A program made the position numbers and the translations under genes. Shown here piece after piece: positions 16,866 to 24,425 of a DNA stretch of 32,000 nt. Within the stretch, counting starts at the first letter, position 1, and each line of letters opens with the position of its first letter. Source of the stretch: Nitrosopumilaceae archaeon. Lineage in GTDB: Archaea; Thermoproteota; Nitrososphaeria; Nitrososphaerales; Nitrosopumilaceae. The notes under the pieces were generated by a model that saw only the letters and a program-made list of their open reading frames with translations, searched no databases and had not been told where the DNA came from. Location of the stretch: contig DAINYW010000002.1 in assembly GCA_036749235.1 (NCBI GenBank), forward strand, positions 34,926-66,925. Direction: 5' to 3'.

Positions 16866-16874
16866 CTTATAATC
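16866..16874. promoter_or_regulatory. TATA element usable in either direction
   Basis: 'cttataatc'. About 26 nt downstream on the plus strand the GC-rich island begins (16892). About 34 nt downstream on the minus strand is the ATG of the 43-aa ORF. Confidence 0.35.
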
Positions 16875-16891
16875 TTTGAAAAATAATACAT

Positions 16892-17028
16892 GCACCCTAG
16901 CAGCTAGGCCATGAGGGTTGGTGTCTGGGCCTTTGCTGGAGCACGCTGCCGGGTAGCATGATGCATATGTCATCTAAAAATCAGCAGATAAGGTCTGGTC
17001 TGTATGTAGGAGCGACATACAACTTTTT
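16892..17028 (+). ncRNA. candidate small structured RNA, class unassigned
   Basis: A 73-nt stretch (16892-16964) has 46 G+C (63%, hand count) in an otherwise AT-rich intergenic region. A TATA box sits at the right distance upstream. The 3' end has a perfect 7-bp hairpin plus T5. There is no ORF. No match to a tRNA cloverleaf or C/D box layout. Confidence 0.3.
17001..17028 (+). terminator. hairpin plus oligo-T
   Basis: TGTATGT (17001-17007), 7-nt loop aggagcg, ACATACA (17015-17021), then TTTTT at 17024-17028. Confidence 0.4.
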
Positions 17029-17149
17029 CAGGCTCGATTCCTCACAGGTATTCTTCTGAAACAAATATCGGCAGTTTTAGATAACATACCAAAGCTCGAC
17101 GGTAATATTGACGCGTGCACATTGAAATAACTGGAAAATACACACTGAT

Positions 17150-18196
17150 TTGCAAGTGAAGACCAGTATGATGTTAATTGTTGGATTAACAGTAGCTACA
17201 ATTATTGGTGCAATCTTCCTAACTCTAACATTTGTGAATAACTCTAGCTTGGATTATAGCTCATTGCCAAAGAAAACATCCTTTTCAATAACAGAATACA
17301 AAATACCCGATCTAACCAGTTCGCCATTATTTCCAGTTTATGATAATATGCGTCACGTAATATGGGTAGGTGATACCAGAAATAACAGCAGTAGAATTTG
17401 GGAATTTGACATAATCAAACATGAATTTGTAGAACACAAGCTTGATAGTGTAAGATATGTAACTGTGATAACATTAGACTCGGATGGCAACCTATGGTAT
17501 ATAGATCCTGCGTCAAGATTCCTTGGACATTATAACCCAAATAATCAAACTAATAAGATAATAAAAATCCCTTCAAACGGGACTCTGACTAGCATAGTTT
17601 TAGATCCTGCAGGCAACGTCTGGATATCTGGAACTAGTTCTGATGTCTTTTTGAAATATTATGTCCATAACGCAACCTTTTTAGAAATTCCGACGCCAAC
17701 ACCTCATGCCTCGCCCCTAGGCATGGCGAAAGATAAATCCGGTACGATATGGGTTGCTGAAGCAATAGGCGCATTAGCAAGGGTAGATCCTACTCTTAAC
17801 AAGATTACGGAATATCATCCACATGACATCAAGTTGAAGATTCCAGTTGCAACTCAATTGGATCCAGGCGATGCAATTGTATATATTACAGAGCACGGTG
17901 AAGACGCTCTTTTTTCATTTGATACAAAATCTGAAAATTTTGTGAGACATGCACTGCATCATGATCCTCAAGCACTTCCGTATGGGATGGCATTTGATAA
18001 ACATGGAAATCTGTGGGTTGCAGAACATACGGTAAACAAAGTAGCAGTATTTGTTCCCTCTACAGGTTATAGTACCGAGATACAGATTCCATCTCCAAAT
18101 CCCTTGACACAGTGGCTTGCGGCTGACGAGGAAGGAAGAATTTGGCTTGCCGAACCTGGTGGGGCCGCAATCGGTGTTATAAATGAGACAAATTAA
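17150..18196 (+). CDS. membrane-anchored/secreted beta-propeller protein (streptogramin-lyase/NHL-like repeats)
   Basis: N-terminal TM/signal MMLIVGLTVATIIGAIFLTLTF. Seven recurrences of a blade signature (VIWVGD, NLWYID, NVWISG, TIWVAE, IVYITE, NLWVAE, RIWLAE). Collinear paralogue of aa 622-925 of the CopC-CopD fusion. The track start is TTG 17150; ATG 17168 is more likely. Confidence 0.8.
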   Translation: MQVKTSMMLIVGLTVATIIGAIFLTLTFVNNSSLDYSSLPKKTSFSITEYKIPDLTSSPLFPVYDNMRHVIWVGDTRNNSSRIWEFDIIKHEFVEHKLDSVRYVTVITLDSDGNLWYIDPASRFLGHYNPNNQTNKIIKIPSNGTLTSIVLDPAGNVWISGTSSDVFLKYYVHNATFLEIPTPTPHASPLGMAKDKSGTIWVAEAIGALARVDPTLNKITEYHPHDIKLKIPVATQLDPGDAIVYITEHGEDALFSFDTKSENFVRHALHHDPQALPYGMAFDKHGNLWVAEHTVNKVAVFVPSTGYSTEIQIPSPNPLTQWLAADEEGRIWLAEPGGAAIGVINETN

Positions 18197-18545
18197 TTTA
18201 CTTACCATTATTCCAAGATTAAGCTGCTAAATCTGCATCTGAGATTATCACTATAGTTGTCAAGGTAGTGTTGACCAATCCAAAAAACAATAAGTCAACT
18301 GAATCAAATGATAAGGGTATGTAAAATGATTTGAGTTGAAGATCTTTTTATGTTGCAACTTTATCATTATATTGGATAGCAATCATGACTCAGGTGATCA
18401 TACACCATCGGTAGATGGTCCCAAGACAGGTCTCAAGTCACATGGTTGGTATCCCTACTTGTGTTCAGAGAATTTCTTCTAGGGTACGAACCATGGTAGA
18501 TAAAAATGACAGAGCTTATGAACAAGTAAAGAAATACTACTAGGT

Positions 18546-18917
18546 ATGAAAACAAAACTGCATGAGGAGCGCGTTAAGGCCCAGAACCTGGATGCAAGCT
18601 GCAGGGTTCTAAACATTTGGCAGGTACTGGGCAAAAGATGGGCGTTGCCAATATTGAAGAATTTGAGCACAAAAGATGTGATACGATTCAACGAGCTAAA
18701 GAGAATACTTCCAGGAATAAGCAGTACTGCCTTGTCAGAAAGACTGGCCGACCTTGAGAGAGAAGGGCTGGTCTACAAGAAAATCTATCCCGAGGTGCCC
18801 TCAAGGGTAGAGTATAGTCTAACTAGACGTGCGAGAGAACTGGAAGCAATTCTTGACGACTTGGGACGATGGGCAGACAGATGGCAATCTCAAACTGCCG
18901 ACGCAAAATCTATCTAG
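18546..18917 (+). CDS. HxlR-family transcriptional regulator
   Basis: C..L.....GKRWALPIL..L......RFNELKR.LPGIS...LSERL..LEREGLV.......VP.RVEYSLT is the HxlR wHTH signature. Confidence 0.85.
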   Translation: MKTKLHEERVKAQNLDASCRVLNIWQVLGKRWALPILKNLSTKDVIRFNELKRILPGISSTALSERLADLEREGLVYKKIYPEVPSRVEYSLTRRARELEAILDDLGRWADRWQSQTADAKSI

Positions 18918-18919
18918 AG

Positions 18920-19645
18920 CTATTGATTAATTGGATATTTTTCAGGAAGATCAATTAGTATAAGTTCAGATGGATTCTCTGCCTTGATGTAAATCAGTTC
19001 TTCGTTTTCTATTCTTGCCGCGTCTCTTTCCTGCAAAGTATCTCCATTTATTTTGATGTTACCACTTATCACAAATAGATACAGTTTTCTCTGCTCTTCT
19101 AGACCGTATTTGATTTCCTTGCTTGATTCCAATGAAGAAACGTATATCTTTACGTCCTGATGAATTCTCAATAAACTATCTTCTGTAGAGCCATCTGAAC
19201 CTACAACAGGAAGGAGTTTGTTTAGTCTTTCCTGTCTAGTAAAGACACGTTGTTGCCAGGCTGGTAGCAACCCTTTCTTGTTTGCAAAGACCCAGATTTG
19301 TAATAGTCTTAGAGGTTTCTCAGGAGACGGATTATATTCTGAATGCATTATGCCAGAGCCTGCCGTCATTATTTGAATCTCTCCAGAGCTTACGATCCCA
19401 TGATTTCCTTGGTTGTCCTTGTGCTGCAGTTGACCGTCGATGACATACGTGATTATCTCCATATCTCGATGATGATGAAAATCAAATCCTGTACTTGGTT
19501 GTATTACATCATCGTTGAACACCCGAAGTGGCCCAAAACTCATCTTGTTAGGATCAAAGTAGTCACCAAATGAGAAATGATGAGTTGTGGCAAGCCACTC
19601 ATTTTTATTGGTATAATGTTCGTCTGCTCTTGTAATTTTGATCAT
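18920..19645 (-). CDS. pirin-family protein
   Basis: Bicupin with the N-terminal metal motif FHHHRDMEIITYVIDGQLQHKDNQGN...GEIQIMTAGSGIMHSE. Confidence 0.9.
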   Translation of the reverse strand: MIKITRADEHYTNKNEWLATTHHFSFGDYFDPNKMSFGPLRVFNDDVIQPSTGFDFHHHRDMEIITYVIDGQLQHKDNQGNHGIVSSGEIQIMTAGSGIMHSEYNPSPEKPLRLLQIWVFANKKGLLPAWQQRVFTRQERLNKLLPVVGSDGSTEDSLLRIHQDVKIYVSSLESSKEIKYGLEEQRKLYLFVISGNIKINGDTLQERDAARIENEELIYIKAENPSELILIDLPEKYPINQ

Positions 19646-19708
19646 ACTAATAGTACGACAAAATCATTATTAAAGATGGTAGTAATTTTATACCTAGTAA
19701 ATTTCGTG

Positions 19709-19722
19709 TACTTGACCAAGTA
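19709..19722. promoter_or_regulatory. inverted repeat in the pirin/nitroreductase divergent intergenic region
   Basis: TACTTG-ac-CAAGTA, perfect 6-bp arms with a 2-nt spacer. It lies between the two divergent starts (19645 and 19800). Candidate operator, binding factor unknown. Confidence 0.25.
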
Positions 19723-19799
19723 AATAATTCCTTACCACTAAAGTCAAGATTAGCAGAAAAATACTCCACACTTAAGTACGATAAAAGGAAAAGAACACG

Positions 19800-20408
19800 A
19801 TGTTGGATTCTGAAGTTGCTAGGGCAAGGAAACCAACCTATGAGGTAAATCCTCTGATTCTAAACAGATGGTCTCCAAGATCATTTTCAGGAGAAGAACT
19901 AACTGATAAGGAGCTTTTTACTCTCTTTGAGGCCGCAAGATGGGCACCATCATCTTATAACAACCAACCATGGAGGTTCATCTATGCAAAACGAAACTCA
20001 AAGGACTGGGATGCTTTATTTAATTTACTTGTAGATTTTAACAAGCAATGGTGCGCAAACGCATCTGCGCTTGTTGTAATTATTTCAAAAAAGACCTTTG
20101 ATTACAATGGGAAGCCATCTGTGACTCAGCAGTTTGATACCGGCGCAGCGTGGGAAAATCTCGCTATACAAGCAACATCTCAGGGATTATCTACGCATGG
20201 TATGCAGGGATTTGATTATGAAAAGGCAAGAAAAGATCTTGGCGTGCCTGACGAATACGATGTCGTTGCAATGGCTGTAATTGGTAAGAAGGGCGCAAAG
20301 GAGAAACTTTCAGCAGAGTTACAGCAACGAGAAGTTCCCAGCGATAGAAAGCCACTCTCTGAGATTGTCATGGAAGGAAAATTTGGGAATAAAGCAGGAA
20401 TACCATAG
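19800..20408 (+). CDS. nitroreductase-family oxidoreductase
   Basis: RWSPRSF...LF.LFEAARWAPSSYNNQPWRFIY, and later DTGAAWENLAIQA. This is the typical FMN nitroreductase fold signature. Confidence 0.9.
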   Translation: MLDSEVARARKPTYEVNPLILNRWSPRSFSGEELTDKELFTLFEAARWAPSSYNNQPWRFIYAKRNSKDWDALFNLLVDFNKQWCANASALVVIISKKTFDYNGKPSVTQQFDTGAAWENLAIQATSQGLSTHGMQGFDYEKARKDLGVPDEYDVVAMAVIGKKGAKEKLSAELQQREVPSDRKPLSEIVMEGKFGNKAGIP

Positions 20409-20454
20409 TCTTTGATAATATGGAATAACTTAAAATACAAAACTCGGCGATCTT

Positions 20455-20619
20455 ATGCTAATAATGACGGGATTTGAAAAGGACTGTCCTGTTTGCAAGA
20501 AAAAATTCACGAGCCTGCTAGAGTATACTACTCACATTGGAACTGAGCACAGAGATATACCACCTGAAAGGATATTGAAGATTAACAAGGAAGAAAAATG
20601 GAGTTTTTCAAAAAAGTAA
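20455..20619 (+). CDS. C2H2 zinc-finger micro-protein (54 aa)
   Basis: Not in the ORF track. Sequence MLIMTGFEKDCPVCKKKFTSLLEYTTHIGTEHRDIPPERILKINKEEKWSFSKK*. C-x2-C-x12-H-x4-H is a classical C2H2 finger spacing. TATA-like 'ttaaaata' lies at 20430-20437. The start could be ATG 20464 instead. Confidence 0.55.
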   Translation: MLIMTGFEKDCPVCKKKFTSLLEYTTHIGTEHRDIPPERILKINKEEKWSFSKK

Positions 20620-20624
20620 TCTAG

Positions 20625-20966
20625 TTATTTTGAAGAATCGGTATCGGTTTTTGAGAGAATAGAATCCATTTTCCTCTTTAATTCTTGCATTGCGTCAAAG
20701 TATGACTCATGCTTTTCATCAAAATCTGCAAGTTTCTTTAAAATGTCACCATGATTTTCTTCCAACTCATTGATACGAGACAATATGTGGTCTTGCTTGA
20801 CCGATGTCTTCTTCTGTCTGTAGTATATCCACCAACTTACCACAGAACCAATTATTGCTCCAACCATGATGCCTAGGTATGTGGAGGCAGCATTGGTCAT
20901 GTCCACGCATTCTTTTGATATTTCTGGTACACAGCCCCATATGGAAAACAATACTGGAAGCATCAT
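20625..20966 (-). CDS. small membrane protein with C-terminal coiled coil
   Basis: TM segment STYLGIMVGAIIGSVVSWWIYY followed by a helical E/K-rich tail. The track ORF starts at TTG 21017. ATG 20966 is preferred because a minus-strand TATA-like 'ctatttat' (plus-strand 20983-20990) is centred about 24 nt upstream (at the short end of the range). Confidence 0.5.
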   Translation of the reverse strand: MMLPVLFSIWGCVPEISKECVDMTNAASTYLGIMVGAIIGSVVSWWIYYRQKKTSVKQDHILSRINELEENHGDILKKLADFDEKHESYFDAMQELKRKMDSILSKTDTDSSK

Positions 20967-21033
20967 GCTGTCTTTGACACGGATAAATAGTATTTTTACA
21001 TTTTCTATGAGTATCAATTAAGGAGCTTGTGAA

Positions 21034-21573
21034 ATGATAATACACGTAACGGACATACAAAACGGCAAGATACTGAGACTAGTGAAAGGTGACATTACAG
21101 AAAGAGATGTAGATGTAATTGTTAACGCAGCAAATTCTATCCTTAACCATGGAGGGGGAGTAGCCGGTGCAATAGTACGAAAGGGCGGTCGCCTAATTCA
21201 GGAGGAAAGTGACAAAATAGGATCTGTCCCCGTTGGTTCTGCTGTCATGACATCAGCGGGTAAGCTGCAGTGCAAAGCTATCATTCACGCTGTGGGCCCA
21301 AGAATGGGTGAGGGAGAAGAGGATGACAAGTTGAAGAATGCGGTTCGAAACTCACTTTCACTTGCATCGCAAAATGGATTTGCAAGCATCTCAATGCCTG
21401 CTATTAGCTCTGGAACTTTTGGATTCCCAAAAGACAGGTGCGCAAAGATTCTCGTATATGAATCAAAAAAGTTTCTAACTGAACATCCTTCTACATGCTT
21501 GAATACTGTAGAATTTTGTATTTTTGATGATGAAACACTTGTACAATTTAATAATGAATTTGAAAAATTGTGA
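21034..21573 (+). CDS. macro-domain protein (ADP-ribose binding/hydrolase)
   Basis: VKGDIT...VDVIVNAANS.L.HGGGVAGAI, GSAVMTSAGKL.CKAIIHAVGP, and ISMPAISSGTFGFP. An AGGAG lies 8 nt upstream of the ATG. Confidence 0.9.
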   Translation: MIIHVTDIQNGKILRLVKGDITERDVDVIVNAANSILNHGGGVAGAIVRKGGRLIQEESDKIGSVPVGSAVMTSAGKLQCKAIIHAVGPRMGEGEEDDKLKNAVRNSLSLASQNGFASISMPAISSGTFGFPKDRCAKILVYESKKFLTEHPSTCLNTVEFCIFDDETLVQFNNEFEKL

Positions 21574-21675
21574 CAACAAAAGTGTGAGTGCATTGGCATC
21601 GATAATAAAAATTGCGTATGATTAATGAGCGAAGCATATCGTTAAGACATTTTAAAGGGTAGTGGACAAGAAAAG

Positions 21676-22389
21676 ATGTTGCCTGAGAATATAGACAAAG
21701 ATTCAGATCTATCGGTGAAAGCAGAAGAGTACATCGAGGTAATAAGTACAGACGATGAGCGGATCAAGATCATAGGAGAGGAGCTTGCCAACGACACTGG
21801 AAGGGCAATCTTTGGAAAGATATCGCAGGGAGTTGCAAGCACCAATGACCTTGCAAAAGCACTAAACATTTCGCTTCCACTTGTAAATTGGCACATAAAT
21901 CGCCTTTTGAGTGTAGCTTTAATCAAGGTGGAAAAGGTTGAGATGAGCTCAAAAAATAAGAAGATGAAATATTACGGGCCAGTAAAGACCGCACTTGTGA
22001 TTGTTCCCCCTGAAAATTCCTCTGAAAATAATGTATCAAAGTCAAAAAAGGAAACTGTTCTGTTGCAGTTGCGACATTATTTGGCAAGTATCGCAGCATT
22101 TGTTGTAGGTACATCTACAATCTATATTACTGAGAAAAACCAATTGCCAACTGGATCTGTCACGGCACCGCAAACAGCAAAGAATCTTGCACAAACATCA
22201 GAGTCTTTGCATGCAGCTACACCACAGACCTCGATCACAACCGCATCTCCTCCGCCAGAACCTTCGATTCTTGCGGCAGAACCAACCTTGATTTTACTTG
22301 CATTACTAGGTGGTGCCATAGCATTCTGCGCGGTCTTTTTTGGAATTCGTATGGCTCGAAGAAAAAAACAGAAGGTTCAAACAATTTAA
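21676..22389 (+). CDS. membrane-tethered winged-helix (ArsR-like) protein
   Basis: N-terminal wHTH (RIKIIGEELANDTGRAIFGKISQGVASTNDLAKALNISLPLVNWHINRLLSVALI). TM segment at ~aa 135-152. S/T/P-rich linker. Second TM segment LILLALLGGAIAFCAVFFGI followed by RMARRKKQK. Confidence 0.7.
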   Translation: MLPENIDKDSDLSVKAEEYIEVISTDDERIKIIGEELANDTGRAIFGKISQGVASTNDLAKALNISLPLVNWHINRLLSVALIKVEKVEMSSKNKKMKYYGPVKTALVIVPPENSSENNVSKSKKETVLLQLRHYLASIAAFVVGTSTIYITEKNQLPTGSVTAPQTAKNLAQTSESLHAATPQTSITTASPPPEPSILAAEPTLILLALLGGAIAFCAVFFGIRMARRKKQKVQTI

Positions 22390-22521
22390 AATTCGAATTT
22401 TCTTGGAGATACCAAAAAAATAAAAAATATATCATGTAAGAAACACTTTTGCAATTTTTTAATAAAAAAATAGGTTAAAATGAAATTTAATCAAAACCTA
22501 TAAGCTCTGTTAATTATTCAA

Positions 22522-23313
22522 ATGCTAATGACAACCAAAAACAAAATCGTGCTTGCAACACTGGCTGCAATTCTTATTGTTTCAACAACAGTGTTTGCTG
22601 GCATGCAGACTTCACAAAAAGAGGCCTACGGGCAACAATCACCAGTTCTGTATCCATCGCGAGAGAGAACAATCTCTGTCACTGGTGCTGCCACGACATC
22701 AGTTTTACCAGATCTCGTGACAGTGCAATTTGGGGTTGACACCGAAGGCAAGACGGCTCAGGAAGCCATAAGCTCAAACGCGCAAATAATGAATGCGGTA
22801 GTTTCTTCTGTTCAAAACCTAGGTATCACCAAAGATGAAATCAGTACGACTGGGTTTACCATATATCCAATCTACAATGATACTGTACCTGATCTGAAAA
22901 CCGGAGTTCACAAGTCAGTACTCGCAGGATATAGGGCCTCCAATACGTTGTATGTCAAGACCACAAAGCTATCCTTGGCAGGAAATATCATTGACACTGC
23001 TGTTAGCTCGGGGGCAAACAGAGTGGACAATGTGTCATTTTCGCTTTCTTCTGTTCAACAGCAAAGCATACAAGATGACCTATTAGGCAAAGCCGTACTC
23101 AACGCTAAATCTCGTGCAGAAAAAGCACTAGATCCGCTAGGCCAGAAGATAATTGGTGTAAAAATGGTAAATCTCTCGGAATTCAACATGCCTCCTCCAA
23201 TATACTACAATGCGGGAGCAGCTCCGATGGCAGAAAAATCCACGCCAATATTTACATCAAATCAAGAAGTAACAACTACTGCAAACGTCATTTTCCTAAT
23301 TGGAGACAAGTAG
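22522..23313 (+). CDS. SIMPL-domain (DUF541-type) secreted protein
   Basis: Signal/anchor, then I.V.G.A...V.PD...V.FGV.TEGKTA.EA...NA..MN.V...... and the C-terminal duplicated half that is typical of SIMPL proteins. The start may be ATG 22528. Confidence 0.8.
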   Translation: MLMTTKNKIVLATLAAILIVSTTVFAGMQTSQKEAYGQQSPVLYPSRERTISVTGAATTSVLPDLVTVQFGVDTEGKTAQEAISSNAQIMNAVVSSVQNLGITKDEISTTGFTIYPIYNDTVPDLKTGVHKSVLAGYRASNTLYVKTTKLSLAGNIIDTAVSSGANRVDNVSFSLSSVQQQSIQDDLLGKAVLNAKSRAEKALDPLGQKIIGVKMVNLSEFNMPPPIYYNAGAAPMAEKSTPIFTSNQEVTTTANVIFLIGDK

Positions 23314-23453
23314 CTCCACTCCTATCTTTTTTATATCTAGAACCTCGGCTGCTTATTCGTGCAACTAAAAACTATTTGTAATTGTAAAATCAGATCTGTT
23401 GATTCCTAAATACTAAACATCTTTTAAGGACTATTGCATATCTCAGACAGAAT

Positions 23454-24404
23454 ATGGAAGTAATGGGAAGAGGTTTAAGGCAGATAATGCAGGAAACTCC
23501 TTGTTATTTCCATATATTTACCAAATTTGCCGCGTACAAATTATTTAATAAACGTAGTCCACTCTACGGTTCTGCTGATATAATCAACGTATGTAATCTG
23601 CACTGTGAGCATTGTTACTGGTGGCTTAATAGAAAAGAAAATGAAGAGCTTACTGTAGAACAGTGGCAAAAGGTAATTGATGAGAAATTCAAGAAAAACC
23701 ACGTTTTCATAATCACCCTCGTTGGAGGTGAACCTACTCTTAGACCAGATGTTATAGAATTATTTGTAAAGCAGTTCCCAAAACGAGTCTCCATAGTTTC
23801 CAATGGAACTCTGCCACTTAAACGGATTGAGAATCTATACTTTTATTGGATTTCAATAGACGGTACAAAGGAAATTCATGACAAGATTCGTGGAGATAAT
23901 GCATGGGAACGTACAAGAAAGAACGTGCTTGACTATGTCAATAATAATGGAGAAAAAGCCTGGAAAGACATCTGGATTACAATGACTATAAACTCACTAA
24001 ACCACAAGACTGTCAAGCAAGTTGCAGACGAATGGTATGATTACTCTAATAAAATAGGATTCCAGTTTCACACTCCATTTATGAAAAATGACCCCCTGTG
24101 GTTACCCTTTGGTGAGGAAAGAACAAAGCTTGTTGATGATATTATCGCAATGAAAGCGAGGTACGATGATGATTACGTCATAAATCCTATCTATCAGCTG
24201 GAATTAATGAAGAAAAACTGGGGAGGAAAAGGAACTACACCAATTGATTGTCCAACATGGGCTATCGTATCAGTAGATCACTTGGGACGAGAGAAGAGAC
24301 CTTGTTGTATAGGAAGTGCAGAAAAAGAATCCATGAAGCCAATTTGTGAAGAATGTGGTTTAGGTTGCTATTCTGTTCTAGTTGGCTACGGCGTGAAAGG
24401 ATAG
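23454..24404 (+). CDS. radical SAM protein with C-terminal Cys-rich region
   Basis: C-x3-C-x2-C cluster in NVCNLHCEHCYWW. GGEPTL SAM-binding motif. The C-terminal segment has 6 Cys (CPTW...PCCIGS...ICEECGLGC), suggesting an auxiliary Fe-S cluster. Confidence 0.85.
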   Translation: MEVMGRGLRQIMQETPCYFHIFTKFAAYKLFNKRSPLYGSADIINVCNLHCEHCYWWLNRKENEELTVEQWQKVIDEKFKKNHVFIITLVGGEPTLRPDVIELFVKQFPKRVSIVSNGTLPLKRIENLYFYWISIDGTKEIHDKIRGDNAWERTRKNVLDYVNNNGEKAWKDIWITMTINSLNHKTVKQVADEWYDYSNKIGFQFHTPFMKNDPLWLPFGEERTKLVDDIIAMKARYDDDYVINPIYQLELMKKNWGGKGTTPIDCPTWAIVSVDHLGREKRPCCIGSAEKESMKPICEECGLGCYSVLVGYGVKG

Positions 24405-24425
24405 AGATCCTTTACATACTAATAA

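Noticed and set aside
17029-17045. T-loop-like string 'ggctcgattcc', suggesting a tRNA near the GC-rich island.
   Set aside because: No complementary T-stem, acceptor stem or D-arm could be built on either strand. Elsewhere in the window there is also no convincing GTTCRANYC context.
16958-17058. C-box-like 'atgatgc' and a downstream 'ctga', suggesting a C/D box sRNA.
   Set aside because: The boxes are ~100 nt apart, there are no internal D'/C' boxes at guide-length spacing, and the C box is imperfect.
20967-21017. N-terminal extension of the 130-aa track ORF from TTG 21017.
   Set aside because: The extension would run through the gene's own TATA-like element and toward the macro-domain gene's ribosome-binding region. 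ATG 20966 fits the promoter spacing better.
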